Below the pieces are notes generated by a model. The model was not told where the DNA came from, did no database searches, and saw only the letters and a program-made list of their open reading frames with translations. This document shows positions 36,754 through 45,759 of a stretch of DNA of 53,777 bases, piece by piece. Source of the DNA: a virus. Taxonomy: Duplodnaviria; Caudoviricetes. Where the stretch lies: positions 1 through 53,777 of the IMG/VR virus record IMGVR_UViG_3300036851_000252; one strand, 5' to 3'. How positions within the stretch are numbered: the stretch's first letter is position 1; each line of letters starts with the position of its first letter. The translations under genes were made by a program, and so were the position numbers.

Positions 36754-36968
36754 TGAAAATCAAGGACATTATCCCATTAACAGAAGCAAGAAATCGTGCA
36801 ACACTTATCCCTGGTAAAGGCATGGCACTTATGAGTGCTGGTCCTGGCCACGAGAAAGAGAATCCATTTGACTCAGACACCAAGCACTATGCCAAGAAGG
36901 CAGTGAAGGCTGTCAAGAAGGCATTTGGTGGTAAGAAGGAAGAGAAAGATGCTTCTCAACCAGCTTAA
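36753..36968 (+). CDS. Hypothetical protein
   Basis: N-terminus MKIKDIIPLTEA. Confidence 0.7.
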   Translation: MKIKDIIPLTEARNRATLIPGKGMALMSAGPGHEKENPFDSDTKHYAKKAVKAVKKAFGGKKEEKDASQPA

Positions 36969-37518
36969 GACTCCATCATACGTAGCCCTTAGTAGCTTGG
37001 AAGAAATGTATGTTGAACTTGCAACAGAGTTTAATGCATTTGTTGACCACGTGTCTCAGTTGAACGAAGCTGTAACAGCTCCGTACGATGATGATATTGA
37101 ACTTCAGATCGATGAGATTTCAAAGAGACTTGAAGCAGCTAAGTTAGGCTTGAAGATCGCAAAGAGACTTCAAGATCCGAAAGAAAAGAAGAAGCACACG
37201 CTTCGTATTCTTAGCAACATGAAACAGATCAAGCGTAGCATGAAGAGTGTTACAAACTTGATGGCACAGTTCTCAAGAGCCGAAGATGACTTTAGTGATG
37301 AAGTGTTTGGTCAGGAACCTAAGTTTGCAAATAACTCACCTGTCCAGCAACAGATGAAACCAGACTTTCGTGGAATGAGTGCAGAACAGGAAGAAGAATC
37401 AGGCCAGACCTGTGGTATTTGTGATCAGAAAGCAGATCATTTACACAAGACAAGAACAGCAGCTGGTGACGTCCAAGGATGTGACCACTGTGTATATGGT
37501 GGGTCCTGCAAAGGCTAG
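36949..37518 (+). CDS. Hypothetical protein with C-terminal Zn finger
   Basis: CGIC...CDHC. Confidence 0.7.
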   Translation: MLLNQLKTPSYVALSSLEEMYVELATEFNAFVDHVSQLNEAVTAPYDDDIELQIDEISKRLEAAKLGLKIAKRLQDPKEKKKHTLRILSNMKQIKRSMKSVTNLMAQFSRAEDDFSDEVFGQEPKFANNSPVQQQMKPDFRGMSAEQEEESGQTCGICDQKADHLHKTRTAAGDVQGCDHCVYGGSCKG

Positions 37519-37589
37519 AACGTAGTTGACTAATTAGGTTAAGTAATAGACGATACGTAAAGCCCTACATAATAGGGCTTTACTTTTAT

Positions 37590-37679
37590 GGATGGTTGGC
37601 AGAGTGGCCGATCGCACTTCTTTGCTAAAGAAGCGACTCCGAAAGGGGTCCGAAGGTTCGAATCCTTCACCATCCGCCA
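37590..37679 (+). tRNA. tRNA-Ser(GCT)
   Basis: CTTCT-TTGCTAA-AGAAG, V arm, GCCA. Confidence 0.92.
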
Positions 37680-37688
37680 AGATTTAAT

Positions 37689-37764
37689 GACGACGTGGCT
37701 GAGAGGCTTAGGCGGCTCCCTGCAAAGGAGTTCCACGGGGGTTCGAATCCCTCCGTCGTCTCCA
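37689..37764 (+). tRNA. tRNA-Cys(GCA)
   Basis: GCTCC-CTGCAAA-GGAGT, TCCA. Confidence 0.92.
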
Positions 37765-37771
37765 ATTCGAT

Positions 37772-37849
37772 GGTGGTATGGCGGAGAGGCCAATCGCGAC
37801 AGTTTCATAAGCTGTAAAGTCGCTGGTTCGAATCCAGCTACCACCACCA
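37772..37849 (+). tRNA. tRNA-Met/Ile2(CAT)
   Basis: ACAGT-TTCATAA-GCTGT, ACCA. Confidence 0.9.
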
Positions 37850-37868
37850 GATTTATAAGGCATCCGAT

Positions 37869-38126
37869 ATGACAACAGAAATTGAATTTGCTCCGTTGCT
37901 AACGAAACATAACGCCACAATGGATGCTCTCCGGAAGCGCGAGAGCGAAACACTTCAAGAGTTTTGGAATCATGTTAACCCAGCTCTCACAGGCAAGCTA
38001 ACTGGTCCAGATGTGAACTGGACAGAGTTCCACTCTAAGCGAAATGTTCTATTCTCAAAATGGAAAGCTATCAAGGAATTGCAAGTATCAGAAATTCAAA
38101 TCCTGTTGGAGCTGGTTGCCAAATGA
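37869..38126 (+). CDS. Hypothetical protein
   Basis: TAAGG RBS. Confidence 0.65.
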   Translation: MTTEIEFAPLLTKHNATMDALRKRESETLQEFWNHVNPALTGKLTGPDVNWTEFHSKRNVLFSKWKAIKELQVSEIQILLELVAK

Positions 38127-38518
38127 GCATAATGTCAAAACCAAGAAGTGATTCGCGTGTTCTTTCGTGGATGCTCCTAGAGGGTACCATAGCAATCGCT
38201 AATGATCCAAAGTGTCCTCAAAATGATCATCGTGAGATCTATTTGAACTCTACATATCGATTGATCGAGAGTATCAAGTACGATCAGTTTGCTAGAATGC
38301 ACTACACACAGCTCGACAGCGATGGTGATATGGATATTGAACCTGCCTTTGATAAATGCAAGGGTAAGTTGACACGAGAACAGTGTTGTGATAAGCTTCA
38401 GTCTGTGTTGAAAGACGTCTACAAGGAAACAGCAACCAAGACGGATAAGAAATGGTTAGTTTCAAAGTGCACCAGATTCATCAAAGAGCTGAAGAAGGCG
38501 AAGCAGCATGAAGGTTAA
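38123..38518 (+). CDS. Hypothetical protein
   Basis: ATGA coupling. Confidence 0.65.
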   Translation: MSIMSKPRSDSRVLSWMLLEGTIAIANDPKCPQNDHREIYLNSTYRLIESIKYDQFARMHYTQLDSDGDMDIEPAFDKCKGKLTREQCCDKLQSVLKDVYKETATKTDKKWLVSKCTRFIKELKKAKQHEG

Positions 38519-38789
38519 ACAACTAATCGAAGCATTACTGAAAGCTGATCCTGAACTGGATGTTTGTACCTTTTCTGATCAAGGAGTCGTAAGATTATCA
38601 GCTCACGATCACGAGGTTGCTGTGTATGAGGGCGAATATGAAACGGATAACTATCCAAAGTTAAATGTTTTATATAGATGTGGACAATATGTTGGCCTTG
38701 GTAATCCAGCAAATTGGGATGATTTAGCCCCCTGCGACGTTGTGAATCCTGTTAAAGAGCTGGTAGATTTTGACGATCTGGAAGATTGA
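38508..38789 (+). CDS. Hypothetical protein
   Basis: MKVKQLIEALLKADPELDV, a common phage N-terminus. Confidence 0.7.
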   Translation: MKVKQLIEALLKADPELDVCTFSDQGVVRLSAHDHEVAVYEGEYETDNYPKLNVLYRCGQYVGLGNPANWDDLAPCDVVNPVKELVDFDDLED

Positions 38790-38791
38790 TT

Positions 38792-38865
38792 GCGGAATTG
38801 GCCCATTGGTTGGGTTTCAGCCTTCCAAGCTGACCAAAGGAGTTCGATTCTCCTATTCCGCTCCA
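38792..38865 (+). tRNA. tRNA-Gly(TCC), second copy
   Basis: TCAGC-CTTCCAA-GCTGA, TCCA. Confidence 0.85.
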
Positions 38866-38883
38866 AATATCATAAATAGTTGT

Positions 38884-39075
38884 ATGAAAGTACTGCAATT
38901 GCTCGAAGGTAACAAAAGACCAAAGATCACATACCGTGAAAATGGTGATGGATCTTGGACAGCTCGCGTTGAAACAGAAGGTGGTGTAACCGCTTTTTCA
39001 CGCAAGAAAAGAGCAGATTTAGAGAAGTTCATCAACGGTCGGTACTTTAGCAAATCTACCAAGTACGACGACTAA
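38884..39075 (+). CDS. Small late protein
   Basis: ATG 5 nt after TAAATA; MKVLQLLEG. Confidence 0.7.
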   Translation: MKVLQLLEGNKRPKITYRENGDGSWTARVETEGGVTAFSRKKRADLEKFINGRYFSKSTKYDD

Positions 39076-39082
39076 GATTTAT

Positions 39083-39167
39083 GGCCTCGTGGGGGAATTG
39101 GTAGACCCGTTGGTCTAAGAAGCCAATGACGAAAGTCGTCTCGGTTCGAGTCCGAGCGAGGCCACCA
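39083..39167 (+). tRNA. tRNA-Leu(AAG)
   Basis: TTGGT-CTAAGAA-GCCAA, Leu-type D and V arms, ACCA. Confidence 0.88.
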
Positions 39168-39188
39168 AATTCTTGTTGGAAGGTTTAC

Positions 39189-39359
39189 ATGTACGTTTGT
39201 GTATGCTATCGTGTATCAGACGAAGTTCTCAAAGAACACATTGCAAAAGGGTTTACAAAAGAACAATTAGCTGAAAAGCTTCATTGTATGACCAATTGTG
39301 CTTCGTGTGAAGGAACTATCGAAAGCATGATTGAGGAATACAAAGATGGCAATGGTTGA
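39189..39359 (+). CDS. BFD-like [2Fe-2S] protein
   Basis: MYVCVC...NCASC. Confidence 0.8.
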   Translation: MYVCVCYRVSDEVLKEHIAKGFTKEQLAEKLHCMTNCASCEGTIESMIEEYKDGNG

Positions 39360-39564
39360 ACGAATTGTACGTAACGCAATCGTATGCGTACTATGTAAGG
39401 AAGAGATTGAAAGCGTCCATAGGCACGATTTCAAGTGGTGCAAGTGCGGTAAGGTTGCCGTTGATGGTGGTAAGGACTATCGTCGTCGTTGTGGTGAGAG
39501 TTTCAACTATATTGATATTTCTGACGTCTACGAAGAAAACGTCAGAATGTCGTGGGAGGTATGA
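39346..39564 (+). CDS. Conserved Zn-binding phage protein
   Basis: CVLC...HDFKWCKCGKVAVDGG. Confidence 0.8.
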   Translation: MAMVERIVRNAIVCVLCKEEIESVHRHDFKWCKCGKVAVDGGKDYRRRCGESFNYIDISDVYEENVRMSWEV

Positions 39565-40250
39565 GTATGTTTGATGTTGTACTACCGCTGAAAGAACAAG
39601 CTATGCTGACAACACTGCTCACGCAGCCACATCGATATTACCACAATATCAATCATATCAATGATTTGTTGATTGAGTTGGACGATTGGGCTCCCCGCGC
39701 TGGTTACGCTGACAACGTCAAGAGACTTGTGACATACGGGATTTGGTATCATGATGCCATTTACAACACGTACAGTGCGCCAGGCTCAAACGAGCGGTTG
39801 AGTGCTCGTCTGTTTGAGCAACAGCATCCTGAGTTCGAACCATTCGAGCTCAATTGCGTAGTTGAGATGATTGAGGCTACTGCAAAACATACATCTCAAC
39901 AGGATATGCGCGAAGGCAGCAAAGATCGTTACATCGACATTCATAATGCTGTGATGCTGGATTGTGATCTTGCTGGATTTGGGCATTCGTGGGAAGTCTA
40001 CGAAATGAATGGTGAAAACATTCGCCAAGAGTACTACAAAACCTCCGATGCAGATTTCTACGCCGGCCGTTACCAGTTTTTGATGAAAATGCATCAACGA
40101 ATGAAGTTGTTCGGTTCGATTTACTACACTCGCCATTTCCAGGCGAGGTATGATGCTCAGTCGAAAGAGAATATTGAAAACGACATCATCATAATCGAAG
40201 ACATTTTAGAGATTCCTGCTGAGAAGTCGATTCTGACATGGAAACCGTAA
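39561..40250 (+). CDS. HD-superfamily phosphohydrolase
   Basis: RYYHNINHI, WYHDAIY, NERLSA, LDCDLA, IRQEY. Confidence 0.88.
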   Translation: MSMFDVVLPLKEQAMLTTLLTQPHRYYHNINHINDLLIELDDWAPRAGYADNVKRLVTYGIWYHDAIYNTYSAPGSNERLSARLFEQQHPEFEPFELNCVVEMIEATAKHTSQQDMREGSKDRYIDIHNAVMLDCDLAGFGHSWEVYEMNGENIRQEYYKTSDADFYAGRYQFLMKMHQRMKLFGSIYYTRHFQARYDAQSKENIENDIIIIEDILEIPAEKSILTWKP

Positions 40251-40480
40251 TCACAGTTTGGGAAAAGTGGTATGACGATACGTGGAATTTCAATCACATT
40301 TCCGACGGATATGATCCAACGCTGACAGCTCCTGTGCCAATGTGTGAAAACCAAAAGAAGAGTTGGAAACCCTGCAAGTGGCGTTCTAGGAAGGCATCCT
40401 TGATCGACAATGTTGTGATCGAAAACATTACAGGGTAAGATGTTTATATCTTACTGACAAGATTTCAAATCGCATAATTT

Positions 40481-40565
40481 GGCCGAGTGGTGGAATTGGT
40501 AGACACACCTGACTCAAAATCAGACGCTTAATCGCGTGTGGGTTCGATTCCCACCTCGGCCACCA
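40481..40565 (+). tRNA. tRNA-Leu(CAA)
   Basis: CTGA-CTCAAAA-TCAG, V arm, ACCA. Confidence 0.92.
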
Positions 40566-40567
40566 AA

Positions 40568-41350
40568 TTAAATGAGCGGATCAGTAATTACCAACTGACC
40601 ACCACCAGGTCCATAACGAACCATCAGGTTTGAACCATGCATATCGATGTGGCCTTTTTCTTTAGCGAATATTGGATCTTGGCTCAATCTCTTAATCGCA
40701 TGAAGCGCATACTTCAACAACGGATCCTTGACGCGTGTCATGTCACCTTGCAATGATTGCTGAAGCAATCTAACAAGTGCTGATGTAACGGTGAATGATT
40801 TATCCAATGTTTTAAGCAATGGACCTTGTGGAATTGTGTCCAGTTTGAACATTGGACGACTCTTACGACCTTCAGGAGAAGCTTTGCCTTGTCGATGACC
40901 GAAGTGGTCTCTCAAGTCTGCGTTGACTTCAGATTCAAAATCGTGAAAGGCACGATTGCCTATTGCTAACATAACTTCTGGTTCAACTGCATCTGCTTTT
41001 GTTAGCTTTTCAATTTCAGCGACGTACATGTCTTTGTCATCGTCGTCACGGGTATTGTTGTAGATTCTGATATCGTATACGCGAGGGAAATAAGGATTTG
41101 AAGATGCTAGTTTGCCAACTGTTTTGATGTAGCGCAGATAGCCATCAGTCTCAGCATTGCCCACTACACCTGTTTTGATAACACTGTTAGGATGTTTCTT
41201 GCGTTGAGCTGCCATTCCGTACGAACCTTTGCCCAAGTATTGAAGATTGTCGCTACCTTTTATGCTCTTTTGAGCATGAGTAAGGCGCGCAGGACTTGCG
41301 TAGATGTTCTTCTGGCGAATTTGAGGGTCAATGAGTTCAAACAGCTTCAT
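40568..41350 (-). CDS. Protein-kinase-like protein
   Basis: LGKGSYG, VIK, IEKL, DMHGSNLM, ITDP; TAAATA 5 nt upstream. Confidence 0.8.
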   Translation of the reverse strand: MKLFELIDPQIRQKNIYASPARLTHAQKSIKGSDNLQYLGKGSYGMAAQRKKHPNSVIKTGVVGNAETDGYLRYIKTVGKLASSNPYFPRVYDIRIYNNTRDDDDKDMYVAEIEKLTKADAVEPEVMLAIGNRAFHDFESEVNADLRDHFGHRQGKASPEGRKSRPMFKLDTIPQGPLLKTLDKSFTVTSALVRLLQQSLQGDMTRVKDPLLKYALHAIKRLSQDPIFAKEKGHIDMHGSNLMVRYGPGGGQLVITDPLI

Positions 41351-41522
41351 ACAGTTATTTATCTGTTGATTTCCCCTTTTGTAATGATTTATATATACCC
41401 GTGCAATGCCTTCGGGATTGCTGGTGGAGGAAGACCGGCGTCAAAACCGGTCGTCCCTTTTACTAAACGGACGCCTGTATAGGGTCCATTTTACAATTCT
41501 TGCTTGCTTAAGGAGATACGGT

Positions 41523-42053
41523 ATGAGTAATGATGTTGAACGTTTATTCGCGCTTCTGTCGCGCAACACTATTGGTTTCGAAAATCTATTTTACGAGTTT
41601 CTAGCTCGTCCAACAGTAACCTTCCCACACTACAATGTGATTAATGAGAACGATTATTCCTACATTGTAGAAGTTGCAGTTGCTGGGTATGCCGCATCCG
41701 ATATAGATGTGTTCCTGGGATCTAATTATCAAGGTGGTGCCAGAAGGAACATGTTGACTATCAGTACAAAAACACAAGGATCCACTGAACAACAGGAAGA
41801 TCCTAAAACCAAATCACCTCATGCAAATCCGACGTTTGTTCATCGTGGTATTGCTAAAAGAGATTTTAATCTCACCTTTGCACTTCCTGAATACTTCGAA
41901 GTGAAAAGTGCTGAATTCCACAATGGGTTGCTCGTTGTTAGATTGCTGAGAAATACTCCAGCACCTGAGCAACCAAAAAGGATCCCTATCACTCACTGGA
42001 ATAATATCCCAGTGGGAGAATGTCGCCCCGTTGGCCCAGGTATTACAGTGTAG
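41523..42053 (+). CDS. Small heat-shock protein (Hsp20/IbpA-like)
   Basis: FPHYNV, EVAVAGY, HRGIAKRDF, NGLLVV; AAGGAG RBS. Confidence 0.92.
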   Translation: MSNDVERLFALLSRNTIGFENLFYEFLARPTVTFPHYNVINENDYSYIVEVAVAGYAASDIDVFLGSNYQGGARRNMLTISTKTQGSTEQQEDPKTKSPHANPTFVHRGIAKRDFNLTFALPEYFEVKSAEFHNGLLVVRLLRNTPAPEQPKRIPITHWNNIPVGECRPVGPGITV

Positions 42054-42054
42054 T

Positions 42055-42088
42055 AAAAAGGGCGCTGGAAACAGCGCCCTTTTCTTTC
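42055..42088 (+). terminator. Intrinsic terminator
   Basis: AAAAAGGGCGCTG-gaaa-CAGCGCCCTTTTT. Confidence 0.85.
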
Positions 42089-42147
42089 GATTGGTAACCA
42101 TGTAGAATTCTTGTATAAGTACCCAATATCTATAAGGGTACACTACA

Positions 42148-43347
42148 ATGAAGAAAACATACATGAATATCAAAAGCAAGCTAATTGCAAAAATCAACAA
42201 CCTCTATCTTGCAATTAGAAATTACTTCGAACAGCGTTGGGTCAAGCGTCTCGTTCAAGAGCTAACATCAGACATTACAGACGATGCTGCTCGCAGAATT
42301 TACATACAGCTGCTGAACAATAACATCGAACAATTGAGAATTGATAGTTATGGTTCGACCACACATATCATTTCAAACCGTCGTGATCGAATTGCATTTT
42401 TTGCAAAGACCATCAAGAAGGCAATTGAAGTTACACTCCCAATAAGAGGGCTTGTTGGTATTCAACCAATGTCTGGTCCGGTCGGTCTTGTATATGCATT
42501 GCGCTATCGTGAAACAGATCCAACCAACGAATCACCTGTTAAGCACATGACATTGGATGTTATGAGTGAAGCAGTGGCTGCTGATACCCGTAATCTTCAA
42601 GCCTCATATACGATTGAGGCGATGCAAGACATGAAAACACTTCATGGCATTGATGTTGAAAAGGAACTATCAGACGCTCTTGGTATCGAATTCGGTATTG
42701 AAGCTCAAAATGAAATTCTCAAAGATGTAGTACAGTTGGCGGAGAAATCAGGAAATGTAGTTGAGTTGAAACCAAACAGAGTATTGTTTTTAGCTGAAGA
42801 TGCATTGCATATTGCACTTGCAAGAGTCGCAAATGAAATCGCTCGTAAGACACGACGCGGTACTGGCAATTTCATTGTAACAAGTCCTTTGGGTGTTACC
42901 ATACTGCAAACAACACGAGGTCCATGGCAATTCAGACCTGTGAAACAATCTGGCACCTATGTTGGTGGTGTAACCTATGTTGGTGACATTATTGGTGTCA
43001 CACTGGCAGCTGAGCAGGTAATATACAAGGTATATTCGTCACTTTCATCATTGTCCCTGTTTCCTGATAATGCAGGTGTTGATTTCTTAGTTGGATTCAA
43101 AGGTAACAACGGTGAAGTTGATTCTGGTTACTTTTGGGCACCATACATCACTGCAATGACGCGTGGTGTTATGGTAAATCCTAATACATTCCAACCACAG
43201 GTTGGTTTCTACACAAGATATGGTAAAGTATTCACAAAGCCTACTGAAGACCCTGCTTCAAAGGTTTCAGCAAACTATTATGGATTAGTTAAAGTAATTT
43301 CAACCGAATCATCGCAGGCTGAAGAGACTACGGTCAACCCAGCTTGA
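42148..43347 (+). CDS. T4 gp23/gp24-like capsid protein paralog
   Basis: GIQPMSGPVGLVYALR, YTIEAMQD, IARKTRRGTGNF, YFWAPY, TFQPQVGFYTRYG. Confidence 0.88.
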   Translation: MKKTYMNIKSKLIAKINNLYLAIRNYFEQRWVKRLVQELTSDITDDAARRIYIQLLNNNIEQLRIDSYGSTTHIISNRRDRIAFFAKTIKKAIEVTLPIRGLVGIQPMSGPVGLVYALRYRETDPTNESPVKHMTLDVMSEAVAADTRNLQASYTIEAMQDMKTLHGIDVEKELSDALGIEFGIEAQNEILKDVVQLAEKSGNVVELKPNRVLFLAEDALHIALARVANEIARKTRRGTGNFIVTSPLGVTILQTTRGPWQFRPVKQSGTYVGGVTYVGDIIGVTLAAEQVIYKVYSSLSSLSLFPDNAGVDFLVGFKGNNGEVDSGYFWAPYITAMTRGVMVNPNTFQPQVGFYTRYGKVFTKPTEDPASKVSANYYGLVKVISTESSQAEETTVNPA

Positions 43348-43651
43348 GGAAGTTCGCGACATGCCGGAGACCTGTAGGAGACGATTGTGCAAGCATTCAT
43401 TGATTTTCTAAATCATGGTCTAACGAAAGACGAACGTTTTGCGTTAGGCGTATGTTGCTTCTTAGTGATATACGCTATACTGTGGCATTTAGATAACCAA
43501 ATGAATAAGCACAATCGTCGTTAGTACTACTGATACGAGTAAGCGGCATGCAACACAAACAGACCATAGACGAAGTCTCAGTTAGATGGTCGGGTAGTGG
43601 CTTAGAGGAATGATGATTTAGAAACAGAATCGCGGCTATGAGTTGAATATT

Positions 43652-43984
43652 ATGGAAAGAAAATACAGAGGTTGTAAAATAGAGGCTTTGTTCGATCAGC
43701 CAAGAGGTTGGCGTGCTGCAAAGTGGTCTGAACTTGAATGTGGACAATCTATTGTTGTGGAATCTAAAGATGGATGTGTTCACACACATACGTGTTATCG
43801 AGCTCCCAAGCCAAAGAACATGTCACCGCTTCAGTACTACAAGAAGTACAAGGTAGTGCCTGATCGATATGAATATGTGCATAATGGACGGTATTACTGC
43901 AATCCAGCACATTGCTCGCAATCATGGAAGAACAAGAAGGAACGGGATAAGCATTTGAATGGTGCATACTCCCTGTTAGATTAA
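43652..43984 (+). CDS. Hypothetical protein
   Basis: ORF packed within the operon. Confidence 0.6.
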   Translation: MERKYRGCKIEALFDQPRGWRAAKWSELECGQSIVVESKDGCVHTHTCYRAPKPKNMSPLQYYKKYKVVPDRYEYVHNGRYYCNPAHCSQSWKNKKERDKHLNGAYSLLD

Positions 43985-43985
43985 T

Positions 43986-44222
43986 ATGAGAAAAATTGAA
44001 CTGGCAAGGGATGATCTGGGTGCAAAGGTGTTAGCCGATGGAAAGCCAATTACTATTGGTTGGACCAAAGAACTTATTGAAGATCTTGGTGGTGTGTGCA
44101 ACCTTGATGTTGGCTTAGAGATAGCTTCAGTAATGGAAGAAGTCATGAAGCAAAATACAGATCTCTCTGACGATGAACGGGCAGAAGTAATGCGCCAATT
44201 TTTGCATTTGGAGAAAGAGTAA
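43986..44222 (+). CDS. Small protein with a gp23-like segment
   Basis: WTKELIEDL....LDV..EI aligns without gaps to YTIEAMQDM....IDV..EL of the capsid paralog. Confidence 0.65.
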   Translation: MRKIELARDDLGAKVLADGKPITIGWTKELIEDLGGVCNLDVGLEIASVMEEVMKQNTDLSDDERAEVMRQFLHLEKE

Positions 44223-44413
44223 TGTGTGCAATTAGCGTAATACACGACTATGGTCGCAGCATTCCAGATACTGAGTGGAATCGCGAGTCACTTGAAGCAT
44301 TCAAGAAGCTCGTGGATGAAGCAAAAAAGTTCGATGAAGCAACAAAGCAACCACATTGTGAAGATCCAGAAAAGTTGAAGTGGGTTGAAGTGGTAGAGAG
44401 CAAACTTGAATGA
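44222..44413 (+). CDS. Hypothetical protein
   Basis: MCAIS...D..T.QPHCEDPEK. Confidence 0.65.
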   Translation: MCAISVIHDYGRSIPDTEWNRESLEAFKKLVDEAKKFDEATKQPHCEDPEKLKWVEVVESKLE

Positions 44414-44612
44414 ACAAGCCATGGATTGTGTTTGAAGTTCATCCATATGGAAAGGACAAAAACGACAAAGTCCATAGCAAGCATGAATTTGAAAGTGACG
44501 CTATTGATACAGCGTAGAAATTGAACAGCAACACTCAACCAGAAGGTCCGCAGTATATTGTTGCTCAACAACGCAACCGCGATAAATAACAGTTTAACAC
44601 AAGGAGACGACG

Positions 44613-45308
44613 ATGAAACTTAATATCGAAATCAGAGCCGCAGAAGGCGGAGACGATAGCAAGCTTTTCGTTGGCGACTTAGCAAGTGCGTACATCAGAA
44701 TGGCTAACAAAGCTGGCTGAAAGTGTACCGTTCTTGAGAAGAAGCCAAGCGAGAAAGGCTTCTTTCAAATAGTCCTTCAAATCGAAGGCAACAATCTACA
44801 ACAACTGCACCATGAAGCTGGTGGACACCGTATACAACGCGTGCCTCCAACAGAACGGCATGGACGTGTGCAAACAAGCACAGTTACTGTTGCTGTGATT
44901 GATCCAAACAAGAACGTAGAGCATCCAAGTTTGAAACGTGATGAAAACGATTTCAAACTTGAGTGGTACTCAGGTTCTGGTTCGGGTGGTCAACACAGAA
45001 ATAAACATCAGAACAGTTGTAGAATAACCCATATTCCAACAGGAGTAGTGAAAACCGCACAAACGAGAAATCGCCAGTCCAGTGAGAAAGAGGCAAGGCA
45101 ATCCTTGTTAACCCACTTGGATAGCATGTACCATCAAGCTAAGCGAACCACATTTGATTCAGACCGTAAGGGTCAAGTAGGGTCAGGCATGCGTGGAGAT
45201 AAGATCCGCACATACCGTTTCCAAGATGATCGTGTTGAAGACCATCAGACAGGAAGAGGAGCTTCGTGTAAGAAGGTAATGGGTGGCAATTTTGAGAATT
45301 TGTGGTAA
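44613..45308 (+). CDS. RF1-like peptide chain release factor lacking domain 1, in-frame TGA at 44718-44720 (readthrough or pseudogene)
   Basis: AAGGAG RBS; IEIRAAEGGDDS...AG*K...EAGGHRIQRVPPTE..GRVQTS, GSGGQHRNK, KIRTY, all in one frame. Confidence 0.85.
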
Positions 45309-45328
45309 TCAATGACGAGGATAAAAAT

Positions 45329-45559
45329 ATGCCGCGCAAATACGTATACACAGATCAGAAATCAGGCAAACAGTTGTTTGAAACAATTGTTGCCAACTAC
45401 GTGTCATCAGAAGATGTAGACAAGCAGATGTTTGAAAAGACAAAGCGTGATCCACGTTTGGATCCGTTCATCGAACGTAAAATCACTGTCGTTGGTGAGA
45501 CAGAAGTTAAACAAGGCGGTCGGTTCGACAAGAACAAGAAGACTAAAGGATTTGTATGA
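45329..45559 (+). CDS. Hypothetical protein
   Basis: GAGGA RBS. Confidence 0.65.
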   Translation: MPRKYVYTDQKSGKQLFETIVANYVSSEDVDKQMFEKTKRDPRLDPFIERKITVVGETEVKQGGRFDKNKKTKGFV

Positions 45560-45759
45560 AAGAAATTCCAATTTCAGCTGCAAAAGATATTGCTCACAAA
45601 TATGGCTATGATCAAATTGTAGTTATTGGTCGCAAGACTGGTGACAATGGTGGTGAACATGTCACAACGTACGGTGTAGATAAAGAGCACTGTGGCGTTG
45701 CTGCTCAGATTGGTGATTTTCTGAAATACAAAGTCATGGGATGGAAAAAGGAAAGCTAA
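45556..45759 (+). CDS. Hypothetical protein
   Basis: ATGA coupling. Confidence 0.65.
   Translation: MKEIPISAAKDIAHKYGYDQIVVIGRKTGDNGGEHVTTYGVDKEHCGVAAQIGDFLKYKVMGWKKES

Noticed and set aside
44718-44720. Genome-wide UGA recoding or selenocysteine
   Set aside because: Many genes end in TGA with ATGA coupling, no tRNA with a TCA anticodon was found, and the aligned residue is Trp-like, not Cys.
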